A stretch of DNA of 64,000 nt from Octopus sinensis. Its lineage: Eukaryota. The DNA lies in assembly GCF_006345805.1 (NCBI RefSeq), contig NC_043023.1:11718001-11782000 (forward strand), given 5' to 3'. The notes beneath the pieces are model-generated. The model was not told the DNA's origin. It did not search any database and saw nothing but the letters and a program-made list of their open reading frames with translations. Of this stretch, positions 13,593 through 24,415 are shown piece after piece (positions within the stretch are counted from its first letter, which is position 1; every line of letters begins with the position of its first letter). Made by a program: the position numbers and the translations under genes.

Positions 13593-14610
13593 GTGACCGC
13601 GTGTGTACCGTTGGCGATTTTTTTCCCTCTGTCTTCCCTTCCTTGGATCTTTCCTTCTCCTATGTTTCCGACGAAGAGCTCCGCTCAAAACATTAAACTC
13701 TCCTTCTTTCCTTCCTGAGCGTCCAATAATACTATATTTGTTCCACCTCCTTGCGTTGTTGTGTTTTTTTGTTCTTTCTTGTTTGGATTAACTTTATATA
13801 AAATGTATGTTTGTAGGTATGCAAAATGGCGTCTTCTTTCTATCAATCCCTCTATACCAAATCCACTCACTTTGGTTGTCCCTGGGCTATAATTACTATT
13901 TAATTATTGTAACAAATATTGTAAATACTAGCACTATGACCTGGTAACGCTGGGTCATATTGCTAGTGCATGCATATACAGGTGCGTGCGTGCGCACATA
14001 CACGTGAGTACTGCCCAAATCTCTGATCAATCACATACAGCTAGCTGGCATTCAATTGGCGTATCAAGTTTCAGGCATTTTGATTGGGTATTGGATAGAA
14101 AATTCACAAAAAGTCACTGCTATTGATTTTTAATGGCTTTGCGGGGTGACTGGGGAAATGTAAAGATGTGCACGATTACACTTGGACGATTTTGAATGAC
14201 CAAAGAAAGTTTGAGCCGTCTAAATGAAAAATATTGGATTTTTATAAAGGACACACACACAGCCATTTTGCCATTTATATATATTATTTAATGGCTTTGC
14301 GGGGTGACTGGGGGAATGTAAAGATGGGCATGACCACCCTTGGACGGTTTTGAATGACCATAGAAAGTGCGAGCACTCTAACTGAAAAATTGTGGATTTG
14401 TATAAAGGACAAACACACAGACAGACATTTTGCCATTTATATATATAGAGATTCCTGTTCATCAAACGTAAAATCTGAAATCAGAATTTTTTTTTTATTC
14501 TTTCACAATAGATGTAGAAGTCAAACCGGGGCCAGACACAAAAGCAGATGAAACCGAAGGTTCCCGAAATGGTAAGAAAGTTAATAAACCCTTTTTGAAT
14601 CCTTTAAATT
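10693..14610. repeat. Tandem array of ~0.55-1.1 kb composite units, each with a Helitron-like element
   Basis: Anchor cccgaaatggtaagaa at ~10851, 11819, 12899, 13451, 14563; 41-bp CTAG-bounded palindromes at 11336, 12108, 13195, 13927; ~150-bp subrepeat in 1-3 copies. Confidence 0.85.
13590..13795 (+). mobile_element. Penelope-like pLTR fragment with a decayed hammerhead motif
   Basis: gttt CCGACGA agagc tcc gctc AAAA catt aaac at 13664-13698 (GAAACGTT expected); a reverse-complement piece lies at ~3363-3428. Confidence 0.5.
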
Positions 14611-14825
14611 GGGCACTCATTTGAATCCTATCCCTTTTTCTTTCTCTTATCTCATTGCTTTGTATTTTTTTTAATCTTTTAAGACAGACGAAATACCGCT
14701 AAGTATAATGCTTATTCTGAACAAGGCCATATCGGGTTAGACTACGGAAGAAGAAAAGGTTACTCACAGTACTTTTGTGGGGATGGGTGTTCCATCCTCA
14801 TTGGTATATATATGGATGTTTCAAG

Positions 14826-15053
14826 GCGGCGAGCTGGCAGAAACGTTAGCACGCCAGGCGAAATGCTTAGCGGTATTTCGTCTGTCTTTACATTCTGAGT
14901 TCAAATTCCGCCGAGGTCGACTTTCACTTTCATCCTTTCGGAGTCGATAAATTAAGTACCAGTTACGCACTGGGGTCGATGTAATCGACTTAATCCGTTT
15001 GTCTGTCCTTGTTTGTCCTCTCTGTCTTTAGCCTCATGTGGGTAGTAAAGAAA
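14826..15053 (+). mobile_element. SINE family B
   Basis: Full head, B-box and tail as at 6433-6662. Confidence 0.85.
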
Positions 15054-15582
15054 TATATATTGCCTTTGTTTCAATAAATTTTGGACATAATAAAGAATTT
15101 AGGGGAACAATCTTGTCCTTACTAAGCTAGTGTTTGCAATACAAGTTTATTTGAAGTTTTGAAGGAAAGTTTTACTTTAATGGCGGTGCCCCAGCATGGC
15201 CACAGCTCGTGAGCTGAAACTAGATGAAATAAAAAATATTTAGATCTCTTTAAAACAAGGTATTTGTACTATAGAAACAAAGGCAGTTTTAAACAGGTTG
15301 GTATTACTATTTTTTTTATTAAAAACAAAAGGTATATGTGTTTATTTTTTGTCTTTTGCAGATATGGGAACAATAAAAGAGTCTGGATCAAACGCACCAG
15401 GAACCAGCATGCCCAACTATGCGATAATTATCCCTGCCATAATACAGTGCTTTGCTGCGATTCTTTTATAATCTATGGGATCAAAATTTGCGTTCTTGCG
15501 TAGAAATTTGATGCACAATATATTCTTCCTCCTTTCTTCCGTTTTTCTTTTCTTCCTCTCTTTTCCCCTCTGTCTCCACTTT

Positions 15583-16061
15583 GCCTTTCATCCTTTCGGG
15601 GTCGATAAATTAAGTACCATTTATGCACTGGGGTCGATGTAATCGACTTAATTCGTTTGTCTGTCCTTGTTTGTCCCTTCTATGTTTGGCTCCTTGTGGG
15701 TAGTAAAGAAATAGGTATTTCGTCTGCCATTACCTTCTGAGTTCAAATTCCCCTGAGGTTGACTTTGTCTTTCATCCTTTCGGGACCGATAAATTAAGTA
15801 CCAGTTACGCACTGGGGTTGATATAATCGACTTAATCCGTTTGTCTTTGTTTGTCCCCTCTGTTTCTAGCCCCTTGTGGGCAGTAAAGAAATAGGTATTT
15901 CGTCTGCCACTACGTTCTGAGTTCAAATTCCGCCGAGGTCGAACTTGCCTTTCATCCTTTCGGGGTCGATTAAATAAGTACCAGTTACGCACTGGGGTCG
16001 GTATAATTGACTTAATCCGTTTGTCCCCTCTGTGTTTAGCCCCTTGTGGGTAGTAAAGAAA
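15583..16061 (+). repeat. Head-to-tail array of headless SINE-B bodies (~180-bp unit, ~2.7 copies)
   Basis: Junctions aaagaaata|ggtatttcgtctgcc at ~15715 and ~15895. Confidence 0.85.
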
Positions 16062-16064
16062 CAA

Positions 16065-16660
16065 TGTCGGACTCTGCCCTCCACCCGCACTCTTAACATA
16101 ATTTATCCCAACGTCAACATCACTGCCAGACTCTCTAAATGCTTCTCTTCCTATTGCAGGATGAGATCCAGTGATTTCCCTCTCCATCCTCCTTCCATTT
16201 CCGTGGCTTGGAGGACAGCCACCACCTCCTCACTTCCAACGAGGACGGCTGCTGCAACCGAAACCACTTCTATATCAGTTGGGATTGCTTCCACCCTTAC
16301 CCCAAAGTCCATCCCCTCCTCACTGTGGTGGGGACTCTGGCAACGGGTAGTGTCAGAGCTATGCTGTCGGGAACTTCGATTCCTGGTAGGGCCACCCATG
16401 GCAGATTGGTCTGACACCGAGTGGTAAAGGGCCACAACCCGGCAGACGGGGCTCTGGTGAAAATCCTCGGAGTGTCTGTTTCGGCAACTGGCGGCTCCTC
16501 GGTCGTTCTGTCCCTGCGTCTGCGGACAATCTGCGGCAAACAGGATGTCTCTACATGCAGGATTGTTGGGGACTGCTTGTGAAATCCATATATTCCCAGG
16601 AAACTTCTATGGTAGAAGAAGCCGACTCAACCTGCCGAGGGTGAATGTCGCCACAAGTAC
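16065..16660 (-). mobile_element. GC-richer coding-like remnant, probable non-LTR retroelement ORF1 fragment
   Basis: Minus frame VRVEAIPTDIEVVSVAAAVLVGSEEVVAVLQ...WRGKSLDLILQ*...VRVEGRV resembles an octopus repeat-derived ORF1 from memory; contains stops; not verified. Confidence 0.35.
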
Positions 16661-17279
16661 AAGTAGAAATAAAGTTGTCAGCCCTTTCCATTTATCTGGG
16701 TTAATATTTTAATATTTTCTTTTCTTGAAGCTCTTGATACATTTTATACTAATTGCTATTTTTTCTTTTAATTGCTATATAACGATTTAATTACAATTTT
16801 AATAAAATAAAATATATATAATGACAACTTACTATATTTAATTCAATTGTTATTATTACCTCTAACTTTTATTGCAATTTTTATTTCTAAATTTCTTATG
16901 GAACGTCAATATATTTTTATATGATGTTTATATATTTATATATTACTATATATTTCTAAACGTCGGGCTTTATGTCTGTTCTGTAGATATATATAAATAT
17001 ATGTATGTGTTTGATCTTTCTGTGGATTTTGTAGTGCTTTTGTAGTTGCTGCTTGCATTGCCTCCCCTCGAATTAAAAAGTGTATACAGTTCATTTGAGC
17101 ACTACTGTTCCAGTCTGTTATATATTTTGAGCGTTGTTGTCACTAACGATCTCAAGATGCAACTTTATATTTTGTAATATATATATATATATATGTATAT
17201 ATATACATCCATATACATACAATAGAGAGATGTTTTTGTTTCACTTTTAACACGTAATACTGAAATAGTGGAGAAGATA

Positions 17280-17592
17280 TGATACTGCTGTGGGCTCGCT
17301 CTAGACAAGAAGTTAAACATTTTTTTTGCCCATGATACTACATGGACCCTAAGTAAGGCATGTGTAAAATTTGAATGAAACTGGTTCTGTAGTTCTCAAG
17401 TTTTAGGGAATCAGAATGGAGAAGATATGATATTACTGTGGGCTCGCCCTAGGCAAAAAGTTAAAAAACACAGCCCGGACCCTAAGTAACGCATGTGTGA
17501 AATTTGAATGAAATTGGTTGCGTAGTTATCAAGTTTTAGGGAAACACACAGACAGACAGACACACATTCTCAGTTTTATATGTATAGAGATA
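17280..17592 (-). mobile_element. Degenerate non-autonomous Helitron-like element
   Basis: Minus start TCTCTATACATATAAAACTGAGAATGTGTGTCTGTCTG; internal ~140-bp duplication; 3' end degenerate. Confidence 0.45.
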
Positions 17593-17689
17593 ATTCATTC
17601 CCAGAAAAATATTTTACCTCTAACATTTATAATATTTGTAAATAAATGACAATAAAACAACAGTAGAATGTAAAGAATATTTTATGTAA

Positions 17690-18890
17690 AGTTAAAAACA
17701 ATGTCAAGATCATTTAGAATAGACAAAATATTATTATTATTATAATTGTTTTCTGAATCACTTTGAAAAGACTCAGGGACACCATCATTTGTAGACATGA
17801 CCACTGATTCACAAGCAAAGAAACAAGTCTAGAGTTGTTTACTGAGAAGCATTCCTTTGCTCTTTATAAACTTCTTGGTAAGACACAGATGCATTTGTTA
17901 TGGTAGTAGAAACTTTCAAAATTTGGATGTCGTGCTTGAAAAATAAAACTCATAAACCAAGTCAATATCTTGGGGAATGAATCTGTTCCTTATGAAGTGT
18001 TGTTCTCTGTCTGAAGGGCATCCTTGCTCTTTCTTTGTTGTGTGTCCACATCCTGAACTTTCCATCGAAGTCTATGAATGAACTCATTAATTCTAGAAAT
18101 CAGTTCCTTGAGATAAGAGTCCTTAGGTGCAATAGGAATGTCTTTCAGCAATGAGTCTGTTTCTATCAACTCCATTTTGCCAGCAGTATTCATCTTGGAA
18201 GCTTATTTACTCTATTTATACTCACATCAACAACCAATGTCACACAAGTAGGCAAACAAGTAAACCTTATTTGCCTTATATATGTGTGTATGTATGTATA
18301 TATATATATTTTTTGTCCCTTTTACACTTTCACAATACATTTCTAGAATTTATGACCCTATACGTGACGTCCTTTGTATCTTTATATACTTATTTTTTTA
18401 CATCTTTACTTTTTATTATATTTTATATTTATTATTATCCTTTATAATTATGTTTAAATTTATATATATATTCTTTTTTGTGATCCAAACTTCATTAAAG
18501 TTTCATCCCCTTCCCCTCCTTTCCTCTTTCTCTCAACATCCTATTCCTTCCCTTATATGAAGTAATCTACCCAGTATTCATTCTATATCGAGTGAAAAAA
18601 CGGTATGAACGATTTGTTTTGGAGTCTAATAATACCATGAATGCCAATGAGGATTTACTTGCCCAATGAAACTTCTTTTTTTCTCAAACCTTTTATAATG
18701 TGATACAAGTGTAGCAATTGTACGCGGCTGAAGAAGGCTTTTGAACTATCTGTTTTATCGATTATGCATTGATGTAAGAATAAGTTGTTCAATAAAGCCC
18801 GAAACACATGTACCGCAAAATCCTTTGCGTCCTGTTTTTCATTTACTTCATTTGATACATATATCCTATCACCTATGCCACTAGCTGGCA
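17690..18890 (-). mobile_element. Highly decayed Penelope-like retroelement remnants
   Basis: SLLKDIPIAPKDSYLKELISRINEFIHRLRWK resembles the PLE N-terminal motif SLKNIPIP..Y...LI.K...FI.R.RWK; a second patch (HVFRALLNN..CIIDK) resembles the region after GIY-YIG. Confidence 0.45.
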
Positions 18891-18938
18891 TATACAGGTG
18901 CTTACATCTATCAAGTATTCACCCTGAATTTATATATA

Positions 18939-21900
18939 TCATCATCATCATCATCATCATCATCATTTCAGCGTCCGCTTTCCATGCTAGCATGGGTTGG
19001 ACGGTTCAACTGGGGTCTGTGAAGCCAGAAGGCTGCATCAGGCCCAGTCTGATCTGGCAGTGTTTCTACGGCTGGATGCCCTTCCTAACGCCAACCACTC
19101 CGTGAGTGTAGTGGGTGCTTTTTACGTGCCACCCGCACAGGTGCCAGACGGAGCTGGCAAATGGCCACAAACGGATGGTGCTTTTACGTGCCACAGGCAC
19201 AGGGGCCAGGTGAGGCTGGCAACGGACACAAGCAGATGGTGCTTTTACGTGCCACCGGCACGGGGGCCAGGCGAGGCTGGCAACGGACACGAACGGACGG
19301 TTCTCTTACGTGCCACCGGCACTGGTAACTCAGCTGCAATTTCCATTGATCGATTTCGATTCTGATCCTCACTTGCCTCAACAGGTCTTCACAAGTAGAG
19401 TTTTGTGTCCCAAGAAGGGAAGGTATGCATACGTAGGCTGGCTCCATCCCATGTAGAAGGCCACGGGTTATGGTCTCACTTGTCCTGCCGGGTCTTCTCA
19501 CGCACAGCATACTTCCAGAGGTCTCGGTCTCTAGTCATTTCCTCAGTGAGACCTAAAGTTCGAAGGTCATGCTTCACCACCTCGTCCCAGGTTTTCCTGG
19601 GTCTGCCTCTTCCATAGGTTCCCTCAACCGCTAGGGTGTGACACTTTTTCACACAACTATCTTCATCCATTCTCGCCACATGCCCATACCAGCGCAAACG
19701 TCTCTCTTGCACACCACAACTGATGCTTCTTAGGTCCAGCTTTTCTCTCAAGGTACTTACACTCTGTCAAGTATGAGTACTGACATTACACATCCATCAG
19801 AGCATACTGGCTTCATTTCTTGCGAGCTTACACATATCCTCAGCAGTCACGGCCCATGTTTCACTGCCATGTAGCATGGCTGTTCGTACACACGCATCAT
19901 ACAGTCTGCCTTTTACTCTGTGTGAGAGGCCTTTTGTCACCAGCAGAGATAAGAGCTCTCTGAACTTTGCCCAAGCTATTCTTACTCTAGCAGTTACACT
20001 TTCAGCACACCCGCCCCCGCTGCTGACTTGGTCACCTAGGTAACGGAAGCTATCAACTATTTCTAGTTTTTCTCCCTGGAAAGTGACGGAAGTTGGTCTC
20101 AGAGCATTTTCAGTGTTTATTGTTCCTGAGCATCTGCCACATACAAAAACCATCTTCCTAGTTAGCCTTCCTTTGACATTGCTGCACCTCTTATGTGTCC
20201 ATAGCTTACACTTGGTGCATCTTATAGAGTTTCTACCTACAACTTTTCTACAGATCGAGCAGGGCCATCTACCTGAAGGCGTTTGTGATTTGTCTACCTT
20301 CCTACTGATTACGACTTTGGTTTTAGCTAGATTGACACTAAGGCCCTTTGATTCTAATCCTTGTTTCCACACCTGAAACTTCTCCTCCAGTTCTTATAGT
20401 GACTCAGCAATTAGAGCAAGGTCATCAGCATAGAGGAGCTCCCAAGGGCATCCTGTCTTGAATTCCTCCGTTATTGCCTGGAGGACTATGATAAATAGGA
20501 GGGGGCTGAAGATTGAGCCTTGGTGGACCCCTACCTCTACCCGGAATTCTTCACTGTACTCGTTGCCAACCCTCACCTTACTAGCAGCGTCCCTGTACAT
20601 GGCTCGCACAGCTCTCACTAACCATTCATCTATCCCTAGTTTCCTCATTGACCACCACATGAGGGATCGGGGGACCCTGTTGAAGGCTTTCTCCATGTCA
20701 ACAAAAGCCAGGTACAGGGGCTTATCTTTGGCTAGGTATTTCTCCTGCAGCTGCCTTACCAGGAATATAGCATCGGTGGTACTTTTCCCTGACACGAACC
20801 CAAACTGCATCTCATCTAAACTAACTCTCTCTCTAATTAGTTGGGCTATGACCCTCTCCGTAACCTTCATCACCTGATCCAACAGCTTGATACCTCTGTA
20901 ATTATTTGTATCTAGGGCGTCACCTTTACCTTTGTAGCAGTTGACTAGTATGCTGCTACACCAGTCATTGGGTATGACTCCTTTGTGTATCACCTGATTA
21001 ACTATACAGGTGACTAGGCTATAGCCGACACTGCCAGACATTTTGAGCATCTCTGCAGTGATTCCTGATGGGCCTGGGGCTTTCCCTGTCTTCATGCTTC
21101 TAATTGCCTTAACTACCAAGGAACTATCAACTCGGATAGCTGGTCCCTCTGTTGGGTCAACATTCGGCAGACTCTCTTTATCCCATTCATTTTCTTTATT
21201 CAGCAACCTTTCATAGTGGCGTCTCCAAACCTCTCTCTTTGCATCCTCATTTAGCGCAAGTGAACCATCTTCCATGCGAACACACTTCTCTCCTACCACA
21301 TCACGATTCTCTCTCACACACTGTCTTGCAACGCGAAACACCTCCAGTCTTTGGTCCTCACGGCGCAGAACATTGGCAAATTTTTTCTTATCTGCTTCCC
21401 CTCTAGCTAAATAAACTTGTCTCCTAGCTTCTCTTTTGGCAGACTGATACAATTCCCTGCTACCCCCATTTTTCCAGTCCTTCCAAGCCTGTCTCTTTTC
21501 TCTTATAGCCCTGTCTACAACATTGTTCCACCACCACGTTATTCTAGGTCGAGAGGGGACTTTGCACCAGCCACAGATCTGGTCAGTGGCTCTCAGCGGG
21601 TTGTCCCTTAGAAACGTCCAGTTGTCTTCTACCCCTTGTGATGCTCTATCCCCTTCTACTTCGTCAGAGGTTTCAAGTATTATGTCCCTAAATCTCTGTC
21701 CATTTGCAGGATCTTTAAGCTTCCAGATCCTTCTTCTCCATGTTGGTCGTCTTCTGGTTGTCCTCCTAGACCTGATCCTAAAGTCACTAACTACCAGTCT
21801 ATGTTGTGGGGTACATTCCTCTCCTGGGAAGGCTTTGGCATTTATAAGAAGCCATCTCTCCTTTTGCCTGGCAAGGATGTAGTCAATTTGGCTGGTATGT

Positions 21901-21940
21901 TGGCCCGATCGGTAGGTGACTAGGTGGCTGGTAGGTTTCC
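18939..21940 (-). mobile_element. RTE-clade LINE, 5'-truncated, ~3 kb: end of APE endonuclease, RT domain, 3' UTR, (ATG)n tail
   Basis: SQIDYIL..HRLVVSDF (APE end); KGDALDTNNYRGIKLL, QFGF, FVDMEKAF, GVHQGS, LLYADDL (RT); frames 20394-21940, 19797-20372 and 19476-19751 joined by two frameshifts. Confidence 0.95.
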
Positions 21941-21988
21941 TATATATATATATATATATATATATATGGATGCTAAATGATGATGATG

Positions 21989-22019
<31 letters not shown>

Positions 22020-22099
22020 AATATTAGGGAGTATAGCTCCAAACTTACAGGGAAAAATTAGATTTAGTATTAAATCAAATTTCACAGTATCTCTTTCTC

Positions 22100-22785
22100 T
22101 TTCTCTTTTACTTGCTTCAGTCATTTGACTGCGGCCATGCTGGAGCACGACCTTTAATCGAGCTATTTACACTGAATGACTTGCCACAGATATCACAGTG
22201 ATATGGCTTCTCTCCTGTGTGAATACGTTTGTGATTTGCCAAATTATCTCTGGTAGACAATGATTGACCACATATATCACAATGATAGGGTTTCTCTCCT
22301 GTGTGAACACGTCTGTGTTGAATTAAATTACTTGTATGCGAAAATGTTTTACCACAAATATCACAGTGATACAGTTTTTCTCCAGTATGAACACGCCTAT
22401 GAGCAATCAAGAGACCATTAGTAGTGAACGATTTTTCACAGATATCACAGTGATATGGTCTATCCCCTGTATGAATACGTGTGTGAGTAGTTAAGTTACC
22501 TTTTTGAGATTCTATCGGTCTCTTTTACCGAACCGCTAAGTTACAGGGACGTAAACACACCAGCATCGGTTGTCAAGCAATGCTAGGGGTCAAACACAGA
22601 CACACACACACATATATATATATACAACAGGCTTCTTTCAGTTTCCATCTACCAAATCCACTCACAAGGCATTGGTCGGCCTGGGGATATAGCAGAAGAC
22701 ACTTGCGCAAGATGCCACGCAGTGGGACTGAACCCGGAACCATGTGGTTGGTTAGCAAGCTACTTAACACACAACTACTTCTGTC
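22100..22785 (-). mobile_element. SINE family A whose ~40-bp internal segment is replaced by 345 bp of ZNF coding sequence
   Basis: SINE 5' part 22785-22509, ZNF 22508-22164, SINE tail 22163-22100; compare intact copy 36075-36459. Confidence 0.85.
22164..22508 (-). pseudogene. C2H2 ZNF fragment (~4 fingers), paralogous to ZNF-C
   Basis: TTNGLLIAHRRVH, SHTSNLIQH and STRDNLANHKRIH helices shared with 32502-34340. Confidence 0.85.
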
Positions 22786-24232
22786 TGTTCATATAGTCTA
22801 TATACCCATCCGTCTGTATATTGATCTGTTTATGTACATATATAAATGCTTACATACAGAAATAAAAAATTAAAAAATATTTACGGGTGAGGGTGTTAAA
22901 TAATAAGGCACTAAAACAGAATGACTCTCCCCAGACACAACAGAATATACTTCAACACACGAACTCATATAAAGAATCTTGCAAACCAAATCCAAAAACG
23001 AAATAGAACGAAGATTATTTAGAATAGAATAAAAAAGAATTAAATTAAAGTTACGCAACTTAAATTTATCCCCAAATCCCACTGAAACATCTAAGATAGT
23101 AGATCATTTTTGATATAATGATTCTGTGGTATTTTAAAATTTGGTCAAATGTAAAATTTTCGTTATCATCATGTTTAATAGTAGATATAGATTTTGTTCC
23201 ATCTCGAATTTCGTCAGATTATTATTTAAAAAGAGAAATGTTGTTTTGAAATGCTGAAGATTATTTTCTAGTAATGTATTATAAAGTTACAAGCTAAAAG
23301 TTCTGTTATTTTGGCCAGTCAAAGGTCTACAGGGGCGATATATCATCTGTACTGATCAGCACACACACGGAACGTTTATGTGGTCTCCCGATCCGCTAGA
23401 AATAGTGGGTTAGATAACTAAACAGTGAACCTTAGTTTACGAATTTTCATCTTTCCTGAAGACCTTTTCTCATCTGAAATGTTCGTAAACCGAAAGAGTT
23501 TTCTCAGTGTGGCTGTGGGGTAAGAATCTTGCTTCACATCCATATATGTCATGTACAACAGCCTAGGGCCAACGAAAGCTTTGTTAGTGGATTTCGTAGA
23601 CGGAAACTGAAAGAAGCCCGTAGTGTGTGTATTTGTGTCATTGTTTGTGCCCCACCATCGCTTGACAATCTGTAATGGTTACGGTGTATTGGAATATGGT
23701 GAGGTGAACGGATGTGATAGGCATGTGGATGCCTTCGAAATAAACAAATGAACGATGTTGATTTATAGTTTAAATAATTTATTTACGGGACTTGCATTTG
23801 CTGTTGATATACACAGTTTTTCACTACATTAATTTGTTGTCAACTGCTACGAGTTGAGAGAAATAAAAGCATTGTACATTTGTGGATATGATGCGGTAGA
23901 ACTGAATATGTTTTGTGTCTGTGTGAGCGTCGTTTATCTGAGAAAGTTGTAGGCTATCTCGTGTCCCGATCCTTTATGCCTGTCCCTTTGCTGACCACAG
24001 TATTTATAACAGCCATGGCAGTTACAAAGACAGACATGCTGCAGGAGAGATTGTGTCTAAATAGGGCAGCTTCTGTCCATTTGAACTTCGCCTGACATGG
24101 CCGAGGTCATAGGTCAAAGGGAGATGATTTATCATTTTTTGACAGGACAAAGAATATTCCTTTGGCGCCTATTGGTCGGTGGTGGCTCAGACGAGCGAGA
24201 ATCCTTAGTTTCGGTTTCGAATCTAAGCTTGG

Positions 24233-24395
24233 TGATAATGTCTTCACAATCAACCTTGTCCCATCGCATAATTTAAGAGGATCTAAATTTTTTAGAAGCA
24301 TTATTGGGACTCCTATCTTCGGAAAAAGTTTCTGTGGTGGAATTCCAGGTGGCTCCAGAGAATTAATGAACTCAGTTGGGTAATGGACAGCTTGG
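24233..24395 (-). mobile_element. Helitron Pif1-like helicase fragment in the ZNF-B 3' UTR
   Basis: [50 protein letters not shown]. Confidence 0.85.
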
Positions 24396-24415
24396 AGATG
24401 AAAATGATGATGATG

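Noticed and set aside
20394-22148. 584-aa ORF as a novel SINE/low-complexity-RT fusion protein
   Set aside because: The first ~70 codons run by chance through a SINE tail and stop-free microsatellites into a 5'-truncated RTE; there is no evidence of a real start
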